This document shows, piece by piece, positions 1 to 11,029 of a stretch of DNA of 64,000 nucleotides (within the stretch, counting starts at the first letter, position 1; each line of letters begins with the position of its first letter). Source of the stretch: Candidatus Latescibacterota bacterium (GTDB lineage Bacteria; Latescibacterota; UBA2968; UBA8231); NCBI GenBank assembly GCA_965221775.1, contig CBDCSU010000006.1, positions 1,856,001 to 1,920,000 on the forward strand. The letters run 5' to 3'. The notes beneath the pieces were generated by a model. It worked only from the letters and a program-made list of their open reading frames with translations, searched no databases and had not been told where the DNA came from. Both the position numbers and the translations under genes were made by a program.

Positions 1-2
1 CC

Positions 3-686
3 CGCTTCATGTGGGAGCACCGCGGGAGCATGCAGGCGGAGCTGATTTCCGTGGAGGAGGCCGTGGCCCTGGCCGCGCGGGAGCCCGGGCTGACCGTGTT
101 CTCCGACGCCGCGGATGCCACCTCCAGCGGCGCCTCGGGCGACAGCAACTGGATCCTGAGGGGCCTCATCGAGGCCGGGTACGGCAAGCGGGCCCTGCTG
201 CCCCTGGTGGATGCGCCGGCCGTGGAGGTCGCCTTTGCGCGGGGGGTCGGCAGCCGGTTCACCGTGCCCCTCGGGGGAACGGTCGACCGGGAACGGCACC
301 AGCCCGTGGAGTGCGAGGTCTACGTCCAGAGCCTCCACGACGGCCACTTCCGCACCGAATCGGGGGAGACCTCGCGGGCGGGCAGGACGGCGGTCCTGGT
401 GAGCGGCGGCACGGTGATCATGACGACGGAGTTTCCCGTCTCGATCATGGGGCGACGGGTCTTCGAGGCGAGAGGGCTGAACCCGGTTGATTTCGACCTT
501 GTGGTCTGCAAGAGCCCCAACGGGTTCCGCACCCACTACGAGGCGATCGCCGAGCGCATCGTGCCCGTGGACTGCCCCGGGTCGACGAGCGCCAACCTGA
601 GGTCCCTGCCCTACCGCAACGTGACCCGGCCGATCTATCCCCTGGACGAGGACGCGGAGGCGAAGATCACCGCCGCTCCCGGGTAG
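3..686 (+). CDS. MlrC/M81 family metallopeptidase, C-terminal part (5'-truncated by window edge)
   Basis: Frame open from window start; motifs D-x-A-D-A-T-S-S-G-A-S-G-D-S, VVCKS..GFR, PGSTSANL..LPY...RPIYPLD typical of MlrC C-terminal domain. Confidence 0.85.
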   Translation, partial: RFMWEHRGSMQAELISVEEAVALAAREPGLTVFSDAADATSSGASGDSNWILRGLIEAGYGKRALLPLVDAPAVEVAFARGVGSRFTVPLGGTVDRERHQPVECEVYVQSLHDGHFRTESGETSRAGRTAVLVSGGTVIMTTEFPVSIMGRRVFEARGLNPVDFDLVVCKSPNGFRTHYEAIAERIVPVDCPGSTSANLRSLPYRNVTRPIYPLDEDAEAKITAAPG

Positions 687-697
687 GCCGGGTCTCC

Positions 698-1723
698 CTA
701 TATCTGGTTGCCGTAGACGGCGTCCACCAGCTCCATCGTCTGCAGGGCGTCCTCGAAGTTCGTCTCCGGCGCAACCCCGCGGCGCACGCACTCCAGGAAG
801 TGGGCGTTGGTGTCCCAGGCGCCGTGGGCGCGGTGGGGCTCCTCGCTGCCGGTCAGCTCCACCGGGTCGAGCCGCTCGACCGGGTCGGACCGGTCGTCGG
901 CGAAGAGCCGGCCGCCCTCCTCGGGGTCCCCGTAGAAGCTGACGCCGGCGGAGTGGATCTCCACCGAGAAGCTGCGCCGCCCGGCCATGAAGTTGTTCAG
1001 CAGCAGGCCGGTGGCGCCGCTGGAGAACCGCACCAGGGCCAGGTGGATGTTCCAGTGGCCGGCGTCGAGACGGCGGTTGTCGGAGGCCACGCTGACCACC
1101 ACTCCCCCGCACAAGTAGCGCAGGGTGTCGACGGCGTGGATGCCGTCGCAGGTGAGCATGTCCATGGCGCCCCTGTAGTAGGGGGCGCCGCCGACCTGGT
1201 TCTTGTAGAACGAAGCATGGGCCGTGTGCACGGGTCCGCGCTGCTCGCAGCGCTCCTTGCCCTGGCGGATCACGGGCGAGAACCGGCGCTGGAAGGTGAC
1301 GCCGGTGAGCACCTTGCGCCGTCGGGCGATCGCGGCCAGTTGGCGCACCTGCTCGGTGGTTACGGCGGGGGGCTTCTCGACGAAGAGGTGGCACCCCATC
1401 TCCATCACCTCGGCGGCCACATCGTAGAGGTGGTGCGGCGGCATGATGGCGTACACGGCGTCGGGCCGCTCGGCGCCGATCATCTCCTGGTGGCTCTGGT
1501 ACCGTCCGGGGATGCCGAAGCGGCTGCAGACCTGCTCCAGCCGGGCCTCGTCGAGGTCGCAGGCGGCCACGAGATCGCAGCCGGGCAGTTCGGCCAGGCA
1601 TGGGTAGTGGGCGCTGGCGGCGCGGCCTCCGGCGCCGATGACGGCGACCCGGACCGGGCGCCGCCGGCTGGGTCGCTTCGGGGCCGCCGGGCGGGCCGGA
1701 GCCCTTCTCTTGGTCCTGGCCAA
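698..1723 (-). CDS. Gfo/Idh/MocA family oxidoreductase
   Basis: VAVIGAGGRA Rossmann motif, HLFVEKPP, DGIHAVD. Confidence 0.9.
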   Translation of the reverse strand: MARTKRRAPARPAAPKRPSRRRPVRVAVIGAGGRAASAHYPCLAELPGCDLVAACDLDEARLEQVCSRFGIPGRYQSHQEMIGAERPDAVYAIMPPHHLYDVAAEVMEMGCHLFVEKPPAVTTEQVRQLAAIARRRKVLTGVTFQRRFSPVIRQGKERCEQRGPVHTAHASFYKNQVGGAPYYRGAMDMLTCDGIHAVDTLRYLCGGVVVSVASDNRRLDAGHWNIHLALVRFSSGATGLLLNNFMAGRRSFSVEIHSAGVSFYGDPEEGGRLFADDRSDPVERLDPVELTGSEEPHRAHGAWDTNAHFLECVRRGVAPETNFEDALQTMELVDAVYGNQI

Positions 1724-1727
1724 GCTG

Positions 1728-2831
1728 TCAGCCGCGCTCGCGGAAGGTGCCGGCCTGGCGCAGGGCCACGACGCCGTTGTCGAGCCGGCTCAGTGGGAAG
1801 GTGACGGGCCGGCTCCCGGTGAGCTGCGACTGGTACACGGCGGTTACCAGTTCCATGGAGCGACGGCCCACTCGGCCGTCGGAGCGCAGGGTCCCCTCTC
1901 CCTCGAGGGCGGCCAGCAGCTCCAGGAGGGCGCCGACGTATGTGCTGGCCGGAGCCGGCCGCTCGACCTCGGCGGCCTCGAGGTCGCTCCACTGGAACCC
2001 GGAGTCGGGCTCGTACATGCCCTGCTGCGACTGCTGAAGATGGACCTGCTCCCCCACCATGCGGATCAAGCCGGTGGAGCCCCGCAGCTCAAATCCGTGG
2101 TCAGAATACGTGGTCAACTCAGCGCCGCGGATCGTGCCGGTCACGCCGCTGTCGAACTTGAGGAAGGCGGCGGCGTAGTCCTCCACCGCCCAGGGCCGGG
2201 TCCGCTGCTCGGCGGTGCCGCAGAGCCAGGCCACCGGCCCCCCGTAGAGGTCCATGAGGTCGAAGTAGTGGGTGTAGTCGTGGAGCAGGGGCCCCTCGTT
2301 CTCGGAGCGCCAGGAGGGTTGCGGCTTGCAGCCGTCCATGAAGCAGTCGATGTGGATCAGGTCGCCGATGGCGCCGTCGGCGAGCAGCCGGGCCGCCAGC
2401 TCCCACTCGGGATGCCAGCGCCGGTTGTGGTTGACCTGAAGGAGGACGGACTCGGCCTCGCAGGCGGCGATCATCCGGTCGCACTCCTCCAGGGAGAGGG
2501 CCATCGGCTTCTCGCAGATGATGGCGCGTACCGAGGGCGCCGCGGCGCACTCGAGGACCATCTCGCAGTGCAGCTCGGGGTGGGTGGCGACGATGACGAT
2601 CTCCGGCGACGCCTGCTCCAGCATCTGCCGGTAGTCGCGGAAGAGGGCGTCGATGCCGAAGCGCTGCCCGAAGGCCTCGAGCTTGTCCAGGCCGCGGTTG
2701 ACGCCGGCCACCAGGCGCACTCCCTCGCAGGCGGCCACGGCCTCCGCGTGATTGTCGGGCAGGTCTCCGAAGGAGAACTGGTAGCCGACGCGGCCGGTGC
2801 CGATGATGGCGACGCCGAGGGGGGCGGCCAT
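1728..2831 (-). CDS. Gfo/Idh/MocA family oxidoreductase
   Basis: VAIIGTGRVG, ICEKPMA, VNHNRRW, HDYTHYFD. Confidence 0.9.
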   Translation of the reverse strand: MAAPLGVAIIGTGRVGYQFSFGDLPDNHAEAVAACEGVRLVAGVNRGLDKLEAFGQRFGIDALFRDYRQMLEQASPEIVIVATHPELHCEMVLECAAAPSVRAIICEKPMALSLEECDRMIAACEAESVLLQVNHNRRWHPEWELAARLLADGAIGDLIHIDCFMDGCKPQPSWRSENEGPLLHDYTHYFDLMDLYGGPVAWLCGTAEQRTRPWAVEDYAAAFLKFDSGVTGTIRGAELTTYSDHGFELRGSTGLIRMVGEQVHLQQSQQGMYEPDSGFQWSDLEAAEVERPAPASTYVGALLELLAALEGEGTLRSDGRVGRRSMELVTAVYQSQLTGSRPVTFPLSRLDNGVVALRQAGTFRERG

Positions 2832-2934
2832 CAGGCAGGCTCCGACGGGTGGCGCGGGTGTCGGGAAGAGTGTCTCCGATCGATTCCCATGGTGGCGCGT
2901 AAGCTAACCGACGCCGCCCAAGGACAGCAACCGG

Positions 2935-4458
2935 TCAGCGGCCGGTCCCCGCGGCCAGCAGAGCGGCGTTCGTCCAGACCGTCGGCTCCAGGCCGGGGAT
3001 GTCCTCGTCGAGTGGGAAGTAGGGGCGGGGCATGCGCCGCAGAGGATGGTTGCGGATGGTAGCCGGCGTCGGTCCCGGGGTGTCGAGGACGTGGAAGGCG
3101 GCGGCCACCTCGTCGTAGACGTTGTGGAAGTTCATCGGATTCTTGGCGACGACGAACTTCGTCCGCCGGGGGTCGATGCCGACGGCCCGCCACTGCTCGT
3201 CGGCCCAGTCGTAGGTGGCGTGGCTGGTGATCAGCACCCGCACCGCTTCGATGGCGAGCACCGCCGTCGGCCCCATGTCACCGTCCACCCCGTCCCAGAT
3301 GCCTCCGGTGTACCGGAAGCGGCCGTCGTGCACGCTCTCGACCTGCCCGTGGACCTGCAGCGGCCGGCCCCAGGCCGGGTCGAGTCTGTGGCCGAGGGAG
3401 GTGGAAACCTCCGCTTCGGCGCCGGCTCGGTGACATGCTGCGGCCGCCCCCGGATCGACCACCGGCACGAGGGCCGGCGGCGGGTCGTCCAGGGCCAGCA
3501 GGGCGGCCAGGGCGGCGACGCTGTCACCCGACGCGCCCCCGCCGGCGCAGTCGGCGGCCTCGATGAGAACGACCGGCTGGCCGCTGGTCTCCAGGCCGGC
3601 GCGGATCGCCGCTTCCGGCTCCAGGGCCGCGGCCTCGAGCTCGTGGCGCCGGCTCCAGTAGTCCCGCGATGTGTCGAGGGCCAGCCGCCGGGCGCGGTCC
3701 ATGTCGCCATCGACGACGAAGAGGCCGCCACCGCCGAGATCCGGCTGGTCGAGGAAGGGATGGACCAGGAACAGGCTGGCCGACAGCACGCCCGCCTCCA
3801 CCTCCCGGCGGCGCAGGTCCCGCATCATGCGGGCGAAGGCTCCGCCGCCGTCGGTGGAGCCGTTGATGCCGCCGACGATGACGGGCACCTTGGCCAGGGC
3901 CATGGCCGGGCGGCAGCGCCCCGCGGCGGCTTCGAGGAGAAGGCGGGCGCCGCGCTCTCCGGTGGAGGCGGCGTCGCGGTGCGGATAGGTCGCCCAGGCC
4001 ACCAGGCCGTGGGCGTTCTCGACCATGGCGCGGGTCACGTGGGCATGGAGGTCGAGGGTGGCCACCACGGGGACGGCCGGGCCCACGAGGGCGCGGACCC
4101 CCGAGATCAGGTCTCCCTCGACATCATCGACGCCTTCGGCGACGGCGCTTCCGTGAAGGGCGAGGAGCACCCCGTCGACGGGCAGGGCCCGGGAGAGGCG
4201 GTCGAGCAGCTCGGCGCGCAGATACTGGTAGCAATCGGCGGTGATGCAGCCGCCGGGGCAGGTGCTGGCCGAGATCAGGGGAGCGATGTCGGCGCCGGCG
4301 CCGCGCAGGGCCTGCAGGGCTCCCCCGACGACGCCGGCCTCCAGGCCGAGGACCTCGTCGCCCCGGCACAGCTCGTAGCGGGCGAACCAGTCGAGGTCGA
4401 TCGGCGAGCCCCCGAACTGGTTGCACTCGGTCAGCACCGAGCCCAAGGCGATCTTCAC
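2935..4458 (-). CDS. MlrC/M81 family metallopeptidase
   Basis: N-terminal TECNQF, LALHGSAV, DVEGDL, TLDLHAHV, YPHRD, DCAGGGASGDS; GTGA overlap with upstream gene. Confidence 0.9.
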   Translation of the reverse strand: MKIALGSVLTECNQFGGSPIDLDWFARYELCRGDEVLGLEAGVVGGALQALRGAGADIAPLISASTCPGGCITADCYQYLRAELLDRLSRALPVDGVLLALHGSAVAEGVDDVEGDLISGVRALVGPAVPVVATLDLHAHVTRAMVENAHGLVAWATYPHRDAASTGERGARLLLEAAAGRCRPAMALAKVPVIVGGINGSTDGGGAFARMMRDLRRREVEAGVLSASLFLVHPFLDQPDLGGGGLFVVDGDMDRARRLALDTSRDYWSRRHELEAAALEPEAAIRAGLETSGQPVVLIEAADCAGGGASGDSVAALAALLALDDPPPALVPVVDPGAAAACHRAGAEAEVSTSLGHRLDPAWGRPLQVHGQVESVHDGRFRYTGGIWDGVDGDMGPTAVLAIEAVRVLITSHATYDWADEQWRAVGIDPRRTKFVVAKNPMNFHNVYDEVAAAFHVLDTPGPTPATIRNHPLRRMPRPYFPLDEDIPGLEPTVWTNAALLAAGTGR

Positions 4459-5441
4459 GGGTCCCGCAACCCTTCGAGAATCCCCTTGCTGTGGCCGACG
4501 CAGAAGGCGATGTAGGCCTTGCCGGACTCGTCTCCGACCAGGCGCATGATGTGGTCGTAATCGATGGCGCGGTCGTAGCCGACATCGCGCAGGGCCCGGG
4601 CAACCTCGAACATGGACAGATCGCCTTCGTCCGGGGCGCGCTCCTCGTACCAGCCGTCCACGGGGATGCGGCCGTGGACGTTGCGGAAGTGGACGTGGAA
4701 GATCCTGCCGCGGTCACCGAAGCGGCGGATGCCCTCGAAGACGTCCTGTCCCGACTCGTAGCGGGTCCCGACGCAGAAGGTCATGCCCATGTTCGGCGAG
4801 TCGATCTCCCGGAAGAGGCGGTCGAAGCAGTCGAAGTCGTAGAGGATCTGGGGCACGCCGTAGAGGGCGGGCACGGGGGGATCGTTGCCGTGCATGGCGA
4901 CGAGCACGCCGCCGCTCTCGGCGATCGGCACGACCCGCTCGAAGATGCGGATCGTGCGCTCCCAGAGCTGGTCCGCCGTGGGGGCGCCCTCCGGCGGGGG
5001 GCGGTCCCGCAGGGCTTCGGACAGATCGGAGCGCAGGTACTGGTAACCGCCCCGTCCCTCGACCCAGCTGTAGCCAGGCTCGGGAAAGTGGCCGAAGCTG
5101 CTGCCCTGGAAGCACTGCACCCCGAGGACGGGAAGGCCGAAGTCGCAGCAGACCCGGGTGTTGTGGGCCAGGTTGTCCAGCTCCTCCTCGGCGCCGGGCA
5201 GGCCGAGGAAGGTCTTGTGGGTCATGTCGCCGGTGCTGTTGATGCGCTCGATGCGCAGGTCGGCCGCGGCGAGGAGCTCCACGGCCCGCTCGACCCCTTC
5301 GCGGCCGAGGCGGCCCGTCTCGTCGTACCCCGGGATCAGGGACATGGTGATGTCGACGACATCGACGCCGATCTGCTTGAGGAAGCGCAGGTCGTCGGGG
5401 CGTTCGAGCCAGTCGGGGGAGATGCGGGTGCCGATCAGCAT
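4455..5441 (-). CDS. Mannonate dehydratase (UxuA)-like TIM-barrel protein
   Basis: LKQIGV, VVPIAE..GV.VAMHGNDPP, GMTFCVG, RIFHVHFRNV, DEGDLSM, YDH motifs of UxuA family. Confidence 0.8.
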   Translation of the reverse strand: MLIGTRISPDWLERPDDLRFLKQIGVDVVDITMSLIPGYDETGRLGREGVERAVELLAAADLRIERINSTGDMTHKTFLGLPGAEEELDNLAHNTRVCCDFGLPVLGVQCFQGSSFGHFPEPGYSWVEGRGGYQYLRSDLSEALRDRPPPEGAPTADQLWERTIRIFERVVPIAESGGVLVAMHGNDPPVPALYGVPQILYDFDCFDRLFREIDSPNMGMTFCVGTRYESGQDVFEGIRRFGDRGRIFHVHFRNVHGRIPVDGWYEERAPDEGDLSMFEVARALRDVGYDRAIDYDHIMRLVGDESGKAYIAFCVGHSKGILEGLRDP

Positions 5442-5462
5442 GGAGGGTGTTTCCCTGGGTGA

Positions 5463-6485
<1,023 letters not shown>

Positions 6486-6512
6486 CCGCTTCTTCGGCCG
6501 GGCCAGAACGAG

Positions 6513-6543
6513 AAAACGGGGCCGGTGGAGACCACCGACCCCG
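6513..6543 (-). terminator. Intrinsic terminator after cspA (convergent with hemF)
   Basis: GC hairpin CGGGGTCGGTGG-loop-CCACCGGCCCCG followed by TTTT on minus strand. Confidence 0.7.
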
Positions 6544-6575
6544 CTTCGCTCGGACTTCGCCGGGCGACGTGCCTC

Positions 6576-6791
6576 CTAGGCAGAGGCGGCCGTCACCCGC
6601 TCAGCGGCCGGGCCTTTCTGACCCTGCACCACGTCGAACTCCACCTGCTGACCTTCGGCCAGCGTCCGGAACCCATCCATCTGGATCGCGGAGTGGTGGA
6701 CGAAGACGTCGGTGCCGTTCGCCCGCTGAATGAAGCCGTAGCCCTTGGCGTCGTTGAACCACTTTACGGTTCCGACTTCGCGCTCGGCCAC
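6576..6791 (-). CDS. cspA: Cold-shock protein
   Basis: [15 protein letters not shown] (RNP1), DVFVHHSAI (RNP2), GQKGPAA; AAGGAG RBS. Confidence 0.96.
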   Translation of the reverse strand: MAEREVGTVKWFNDAKGYGFIQRANGTDVFVHHSAIQMDGFRTLAEGQQVEFDVVQGQKGPAAERVTAASA

Positions 6792-7011
6792 TTACCAGCT
6801 CCTTCGCAAGAAGGGTGAAACAAAGCGTTGGACAGAGCGCGCAACGGACTCAAGCTGATGGAACTTCAGTTACCGCAATCTGCTGCTGCCAACTCGACAA
6901 AGCCGCCCGGTTTCCTCGCCACCGCCTTCGAGGGGAGAAGCTCGGGCCCGTGACGGCTTGAGCACGAATGTAAGGAATTCCCCCGGATTGGCAATCGCCC
7001 GCCCCCGCCTC

Positions 7012-8205
7012 CTAATCGTCGGAACGCGTCTTGCCGCGGGTCAGGCCGCGGTCGAAGCTGGGGCGGACCAGTTCCGTCAGGACAGGAGGAAGCTCCCCGC
7101 GCCGGGCCTTCAGCGCCCACACGGGCGGCACCTCCCAAGGGGGCTGGGCGCTCCCGTCGGTCCATGGCTTCCGGTAGCAGAACAAGGAGCACAGGCGGGT
7201 CTGCCTGCCGGCAGCCTTGGGCGCCACCCCGTGGGCGGCGTGGGACAGGCAGCAGACCACCGAGCCCTCCGGCAGGGCGAGATGCTCCATCTCGAGGGGT
7301 CGCCCGGTGACCGGGTGGGACCGGCCGTCGAGCCAGCCGCGGGCCATCTCCGCGTCCGTCGCCGCGCGGCATCCCTCCGGGTCGCGGAAAAGGTGGCTGC
7401 CGCGGATGATCTTGAGGCCGCCGTCGTCCCCGGCGTCGAAACCGTTCAGGTAGCAGAGGGTCAGGAGCAGGTTCGGCTGCCGGTCGTACTCGTCCGGGAG
7501 GATCGTGCCGCGGTCGCAGCCGGCGCCGAGCCGATGGCTGTGCCAGGCCCCGCCGGCGTAGCCGGGGGGACGCGATAGCAACTGGTTGTGGTCGAAGTAG
7601 ACGGTGGCGCTGCCGAGGCAGAGGCGCTGCAGGGCGAGCATGTCCGGGTGGGTGAGGACCTCGGCCAGGAAGGGCAGATGGCCGGCCGGGAAATACTCGG
7701 CGAAGACCGAGTGCAGCCTCAGGGTGAGGACCCCGGCGGCGTCGGTGCCCTGGGGCACTTTCTGGCTGCCTCCGAGGGCCTTTTCCAGGTGCGCGCCGGG
7801 AACCCTCTCCTCCGGCGGCCGGCGGCCGAGGCCGTGCCAGTCGATGGTCGACCAGTCGGCCCGGAGCAGCGTGTCGTTGAGGTGCTGTCCCCGTGCGAGC
7901 GCCGCCAGCCATCGCTGGCGGGCCCTCGGCCTGACGACCCCTTCGAAGACTGCGTAGCCGTCCTGGAGGAAGCCGCCGCGGTCGAACTGCTCCTCCACCG
8001 CCGCCAGGTCGAGCAGGTCGTCACGGGCGGCTTCCATGTCGTTCCAGTCGCCCGCCGACCACTCCACCGGAGAGCGGGGGTTAGCGAGGAAGTCCGGCCG
8101 GGTCGCCCGGGCGAGACGGGCGGACGGCCCTTCGAGCACCCGCGCCGCAGCCGGGTCGCTCACCCCGGCCAGGAGAGGGTTCCTCGGCATCGTCTCGGCG
8201 GCCAT
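7012..8205 (-). CDS. Phytanoyl-CoA dioxygenase (PhyH)-family Fe(II)/2OG-like oxygenase
   Basis: F..DGY.V, WHSH, LCYLNGF..GGLKIIRGSHL, HAAHGV; ATG 8205 after GGAGG. Confidence 0.8.
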   Translation of the reverse strand: MAAETMPRNPLLAGVSDPAAARVLEGPSARLARATRPDFLANPRSPVEWSAGDWNDMEAARDDLLDLAAVEEQFDRGGFLQDGYAVFEGVVRPRARQRWLAALARGQHLNDTLLRADWSTIDWHGLGRRPPEERVPGAHLEKALGGSQKVPQGTDAAGVLTLRLHSVFAEYFPAGHLPFLAEVLTHPDMLALQRLCLGSATVYFDHNQLLSRPPGYAGGAWHSHRLGAGCDRGTILPDEYDRQPNLLLTLCYLNGFDAGDDGGLKIIRGSHLFRDPEGCRAATDAEMARGWLDGRSHPVTGRPLEMEHLALPEGSVVCCLSHAAHGVAPKAAGRQTRLCSLFCYRKPWTDGSAQPPWEVPPVWALKARRGELPPVLTELVRPSFDRGLTRGKTRSDD

Positions 8206-8209
8206 GCTC

Positions 8210-9070
8210 TCAGCTCCTCCCACGGAAGAAGAAGCCCTCCGCCGTCCCCCAGAGGATCGCCTCCTTCTCGTCCTGGCCGAGGAAGCTCGCGTGGTCGCGG
8301 ATCAGGGCCACCGCCGCCGGATAGTCCGTCATGGGATCCTCCATGGTGATCGGTCCGCCGCTGTCGCTCTCCCACATGCAGCGATCGGCCCCGTAGGCCT
8401 CCACGACGCGCTGAATGAGGGGGAGCGTGTCGAGGTAGGGAGCACGCCGGGAGCAAAGGGCCTGAAGCGGTCCGATCTTGACCATCACCTTCGGGTGCCT
8501 GGCGAAGCGGAGCAGGGCCGCGAGATCCTCCTCGCTGTAGTCCGCTTCCCTGATGCCGACGTGGCAGACGTGGTCGAGAATCACCGGTGTCTCCGGATAG
8601 CGGGTGCAGAGGCGGTCGAGGGCGGGCAGCCGATCGACGCGCATGTTGAAGCTGATGGCCAGGTCGTGGTCCGCGCCGGTGGAGAACAGTTTCTCGAAGG
8701 CCGGGTGGTCGAGCTCCGACGGAGGCTCCCGGAAGGCGCGGCACCCCTTCCCCGCGAGCTCGAGCATGGTCCGGTCCGGGGCGGGGTCGTCGAGGCTGAC
8801 GATCCCGGTGCCGGAAAACGTCCCGGGGTCGCCGGCGATCAGGTCGAGGATGTAGCGGTGATCCGTCCCGTACCAGGTCATCTGCACGAGGTTGATGCGA
8901 ACGTCGCCGACGGCGCGGCTGTAGCGGAAGTACTCCTCGGGGGTGAAGGTGGGGAGCCAGAGGTCCTCCTTCTTGATCCCCGGGGCCAGCGGGTAGCGGG
9001 TGAAGTCATCGGTCCAGACGTGGATGTGGGCATCGATGATTCTGTGGGCTGACGGGGGCATGTTGTCCAT
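8210..9070 (-). CDS. Amidohydrolase_2 family protein (lactonase-like)
   Basis: IIDAHIHVW, ILDHVCH, YGADRCMWESD, GTAEGFF. Confidence 0.88.
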   Translation of the reverse strand: MDNMPPSAHRIIDAHIHVWTDDFTRYPLAPGIKKEDLWLPTFTPEEYFRYSRAVGDVRINLVQMTWYGTDHRYILDLIAGDPGTFSGTGIVSLDDPAPDRTMLELAGKGCRAFREPPSELDHPAFEKLFSTGADHDLAISFNMRVDRLPALDRLCTRYPETPVILDHVCHVGIREADYSEEDLAALLRFARHPKVMVKIGPLQALCSRRAPYLDTLPLIQRVVEAYGADRCMWESDSGGPITMEDPMTDYPAAVALIRDHASFLGQDEKEAILWGTAEGFFFRGRS

Positions 9071-9089
9071 CTCCGGCCGAGGGCGGCGG

Positions 9090-10241
9090 TCAAGGGTCGA
9101 GGGACGGGGCGAGGTGGCGGGTCAGGATCCGCGCCGACAGCTCGTGGCCGAGGGCGGTGAAGTGTCCGTAGCCGCCCCGGTAGATCTCCCGGCCCTCCTC
9201 GATGTGCTCGATGAACCGCTCCCGGGGATGGACGTGATCGATCCGCAGCTGCGCCAATGCGTCCAGAACCCGGGACTCGATGAACTCCTTGTCCCTGCGG
9301 AATACGGGCAGGGGCGCGCCCGGATCACGGCGGTGGCGGCGGATGTCGATGACGTCCCGCACCAGCAGGGGATCGGGGATCAGGTACACGAGGAGGCCGA
9401 TCCGCTGCTGCTGCAGGTGGGCGGCGATCCCGTCCAGCAGCCGCCGGGCCAGGGAGGTCATTCCCGCCAGGTGGCCATCGGTGGTCCGGGTTTCGGGTGA
9501 GGCGATCATGCCCGCCCCGCGGGCCAGGGCCGCGATCTCCGGGCGGGTCTTGACCCCGTACATCCAGACCAGCCGGGCGCTGGCGGAGCGCGCCAGGACG
9601 TTGTCGCGCAGCCAGAACCGCGGGGTGTACGGAGGCGCCGGGGAGTAGACCAGGGAGTCGCCCACCACCTCGAAGCGGGGGACCGAGGCCGAGGCCAGAG
9701 GAGCGTAGTTGTCCTGGAGGTCGTTGCCGAGGAACAGGACGAGGACCACCGCGTCCGGCCTCCAGTCCGCGGCGCGTTCGCAAACGCTGAGGAAGTGCGA
9801 CCCCAGGCCATAGCCGTGAACGCCCCAGTTCAGGGCCTCCACCCTTCCCCCGCCGCCTCGCGACAGGTTCCGCGCCAGTCGCTGGGAGAAGTTCTCGTCG
9901 ATCCCGGCCTGGTAGGCCTCGAGGAACGAGTCACCGAGAAAGAGGATGCGCCGGGTGCCCGGGGACGGGGCCATGGCGCGCTCGTGATCGTGGTATCCAA
10001 GGCGGTTGGTCCTCACCCGGCGCGCCTCCCCTTCCATCTCCCGGGTCCAGGCGATGTCGAGGTGAGGCCGGCCGCGGAAGCCGAGGAGCGCGTCGTACCG
10101 CAGCGTCGGCGGCTCGAGGGGGACGACCAGGGGCAGCAGAGCCTCCGCCAGGACCAGGACCACCGCGAAGGAGAGGAGGGCGGCGGCGGCCCTGGCGGCC
10201 CAGCGGCCCAGGGCGGGCCACCTCGAGGTTTCCCCGTCCAT
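9090..10241 (-). CDS. SGNH/GDSL hydrolase family membrane-anchored protein
   Basis: N-terminal TM helix, FLGDSF (block I), NWGVHGYG, GND, GHFTALGH. Confidence 0.82.
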   Translation of the reverse strand: MDGETSRWPALGRWAARAAAALLSFAVVLVLAEALLPLVVPLEPPTLRYDALLGFRGRPHLDIAWTREMEGEARRVRTNRLGYHDHERAMAPSPGTRRILFLGDSFLEAYQAGIDENFSQRLARNLSRGGGGRVEALNWGVHGYGLGSHFLSVCERAADWRPDAVVLVLFLGNDLQDNYAPLASASVPRFEVVGDSLVYSPAPPYTPRFWLRDNVLARSASARLVWMYGVKTRPEIAALARGAGMIASPETRTTDGHLAGMTSLARRLLDGIAAHLQQQRIGLLVYLIPDPLLVRDVIDIRRHRRDPGAPLPVFRRDKEFIESRVLDALAQLRIDHVHPRERFIEHIEEGREIYRGGYGHFTALGHELSARILTRHLAPSLDP

Positions 10242-10282
10242 CCGCCCTCGGCGTCACCCCGGCCCGGGCATCAGGGCGCGGA

Positions 10283-10918
10283 TCAGAGTCTCCATCGGAT
10301 CACCTCGAAGCTCTCCGCGAAGGCTTCGCCGATCTGTCCTCCCCGTGTCCGGGCCCAGCTGAGGATGAACTCGTCGTTGACGTAGTGCCGGCCCAACTGG
10401 GAGTAGTAGCACTTCAACGCCTGCAGCTTCGTCCGCATGTGGTCCTCCGTGACGACGCAGAAGGCGTTGGTGTTGAAGGTCAGGTTGTTCCACGGCACCT
10501 CGTAGCCGAGAAGGCTGGTCTTCTTGAAGGCGCGAAAGCCCTCCTGGGCCACTACCTGGTGGTCCTGGTGGGTATCGTTCGGCGAAGGGATGAAGACGAG
10601 GTCGGGATCGTACTCGTTGTTGAGGGCCACCATCCGTTCGAGAATCTCCTGCCGGTGGCTGGGGAAATGGCGTACCGGGAATCTCTCCACGACCAGGTCC
10701 TCCGGCCCGATGCCCAGGACGGAGGTCGCTTTCGATACCTCCGTCGCCAGGATGTCCCGGGGCAGGTCGTCGGAGACCGACTCCTCCGAGATGGAGAAGG
10801 CGACATACCTGACCCGGACTCCGTCGCTGATCAACCGCGCCATCGTGGCGCCGCAACCGAACTCACCGTCATCCGTATGGGGGGCGAGGACCAGTACCCT
10901 CCGGGCCTGCTCGATCAC
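10283..10918 (-). CDS. PIG-L/LmbE family deacetylase
   Basis: APHTDDGEFGCG and HQDH motifs. Confidence 0.92.
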   Translation of the reverse strand: MIEQARRVLVLAPHTDDGEFGCGATMARLISDGVRVRYVAFSISEESVSDDLPRDILATEVSKATSVLGIGPEDLVVERFPVRHFPSHRQEILERMVALNNEYDPDLVFIPSPNDTHQDHQVVAQEGFRAFKKTSLLGYEVPWNNLTFNTNAFCVVTEDHMRTKLQALKCYYSQLGRHYVNDEFILSWARTRGGQIGEAFAESFEVIRWRL

Positions 10919-11029
10919 GCGTCACTCTCCATGGCCAGTGGGCCTCCCGAACCGGCGGGAAGATCGGCGAAGAGGGGAGCGGGGGGCATGGGAGTACCGA
11001 AGGACGGATGGAACGCCGGGGGCGCCTCT

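Noticed and set aside
6872-6895. TGGCAG...TTGC upstream of cspA as a sigma54 promoter
   Set aside because: GG-to-GC spacing is 12 nt rather than the required 10.
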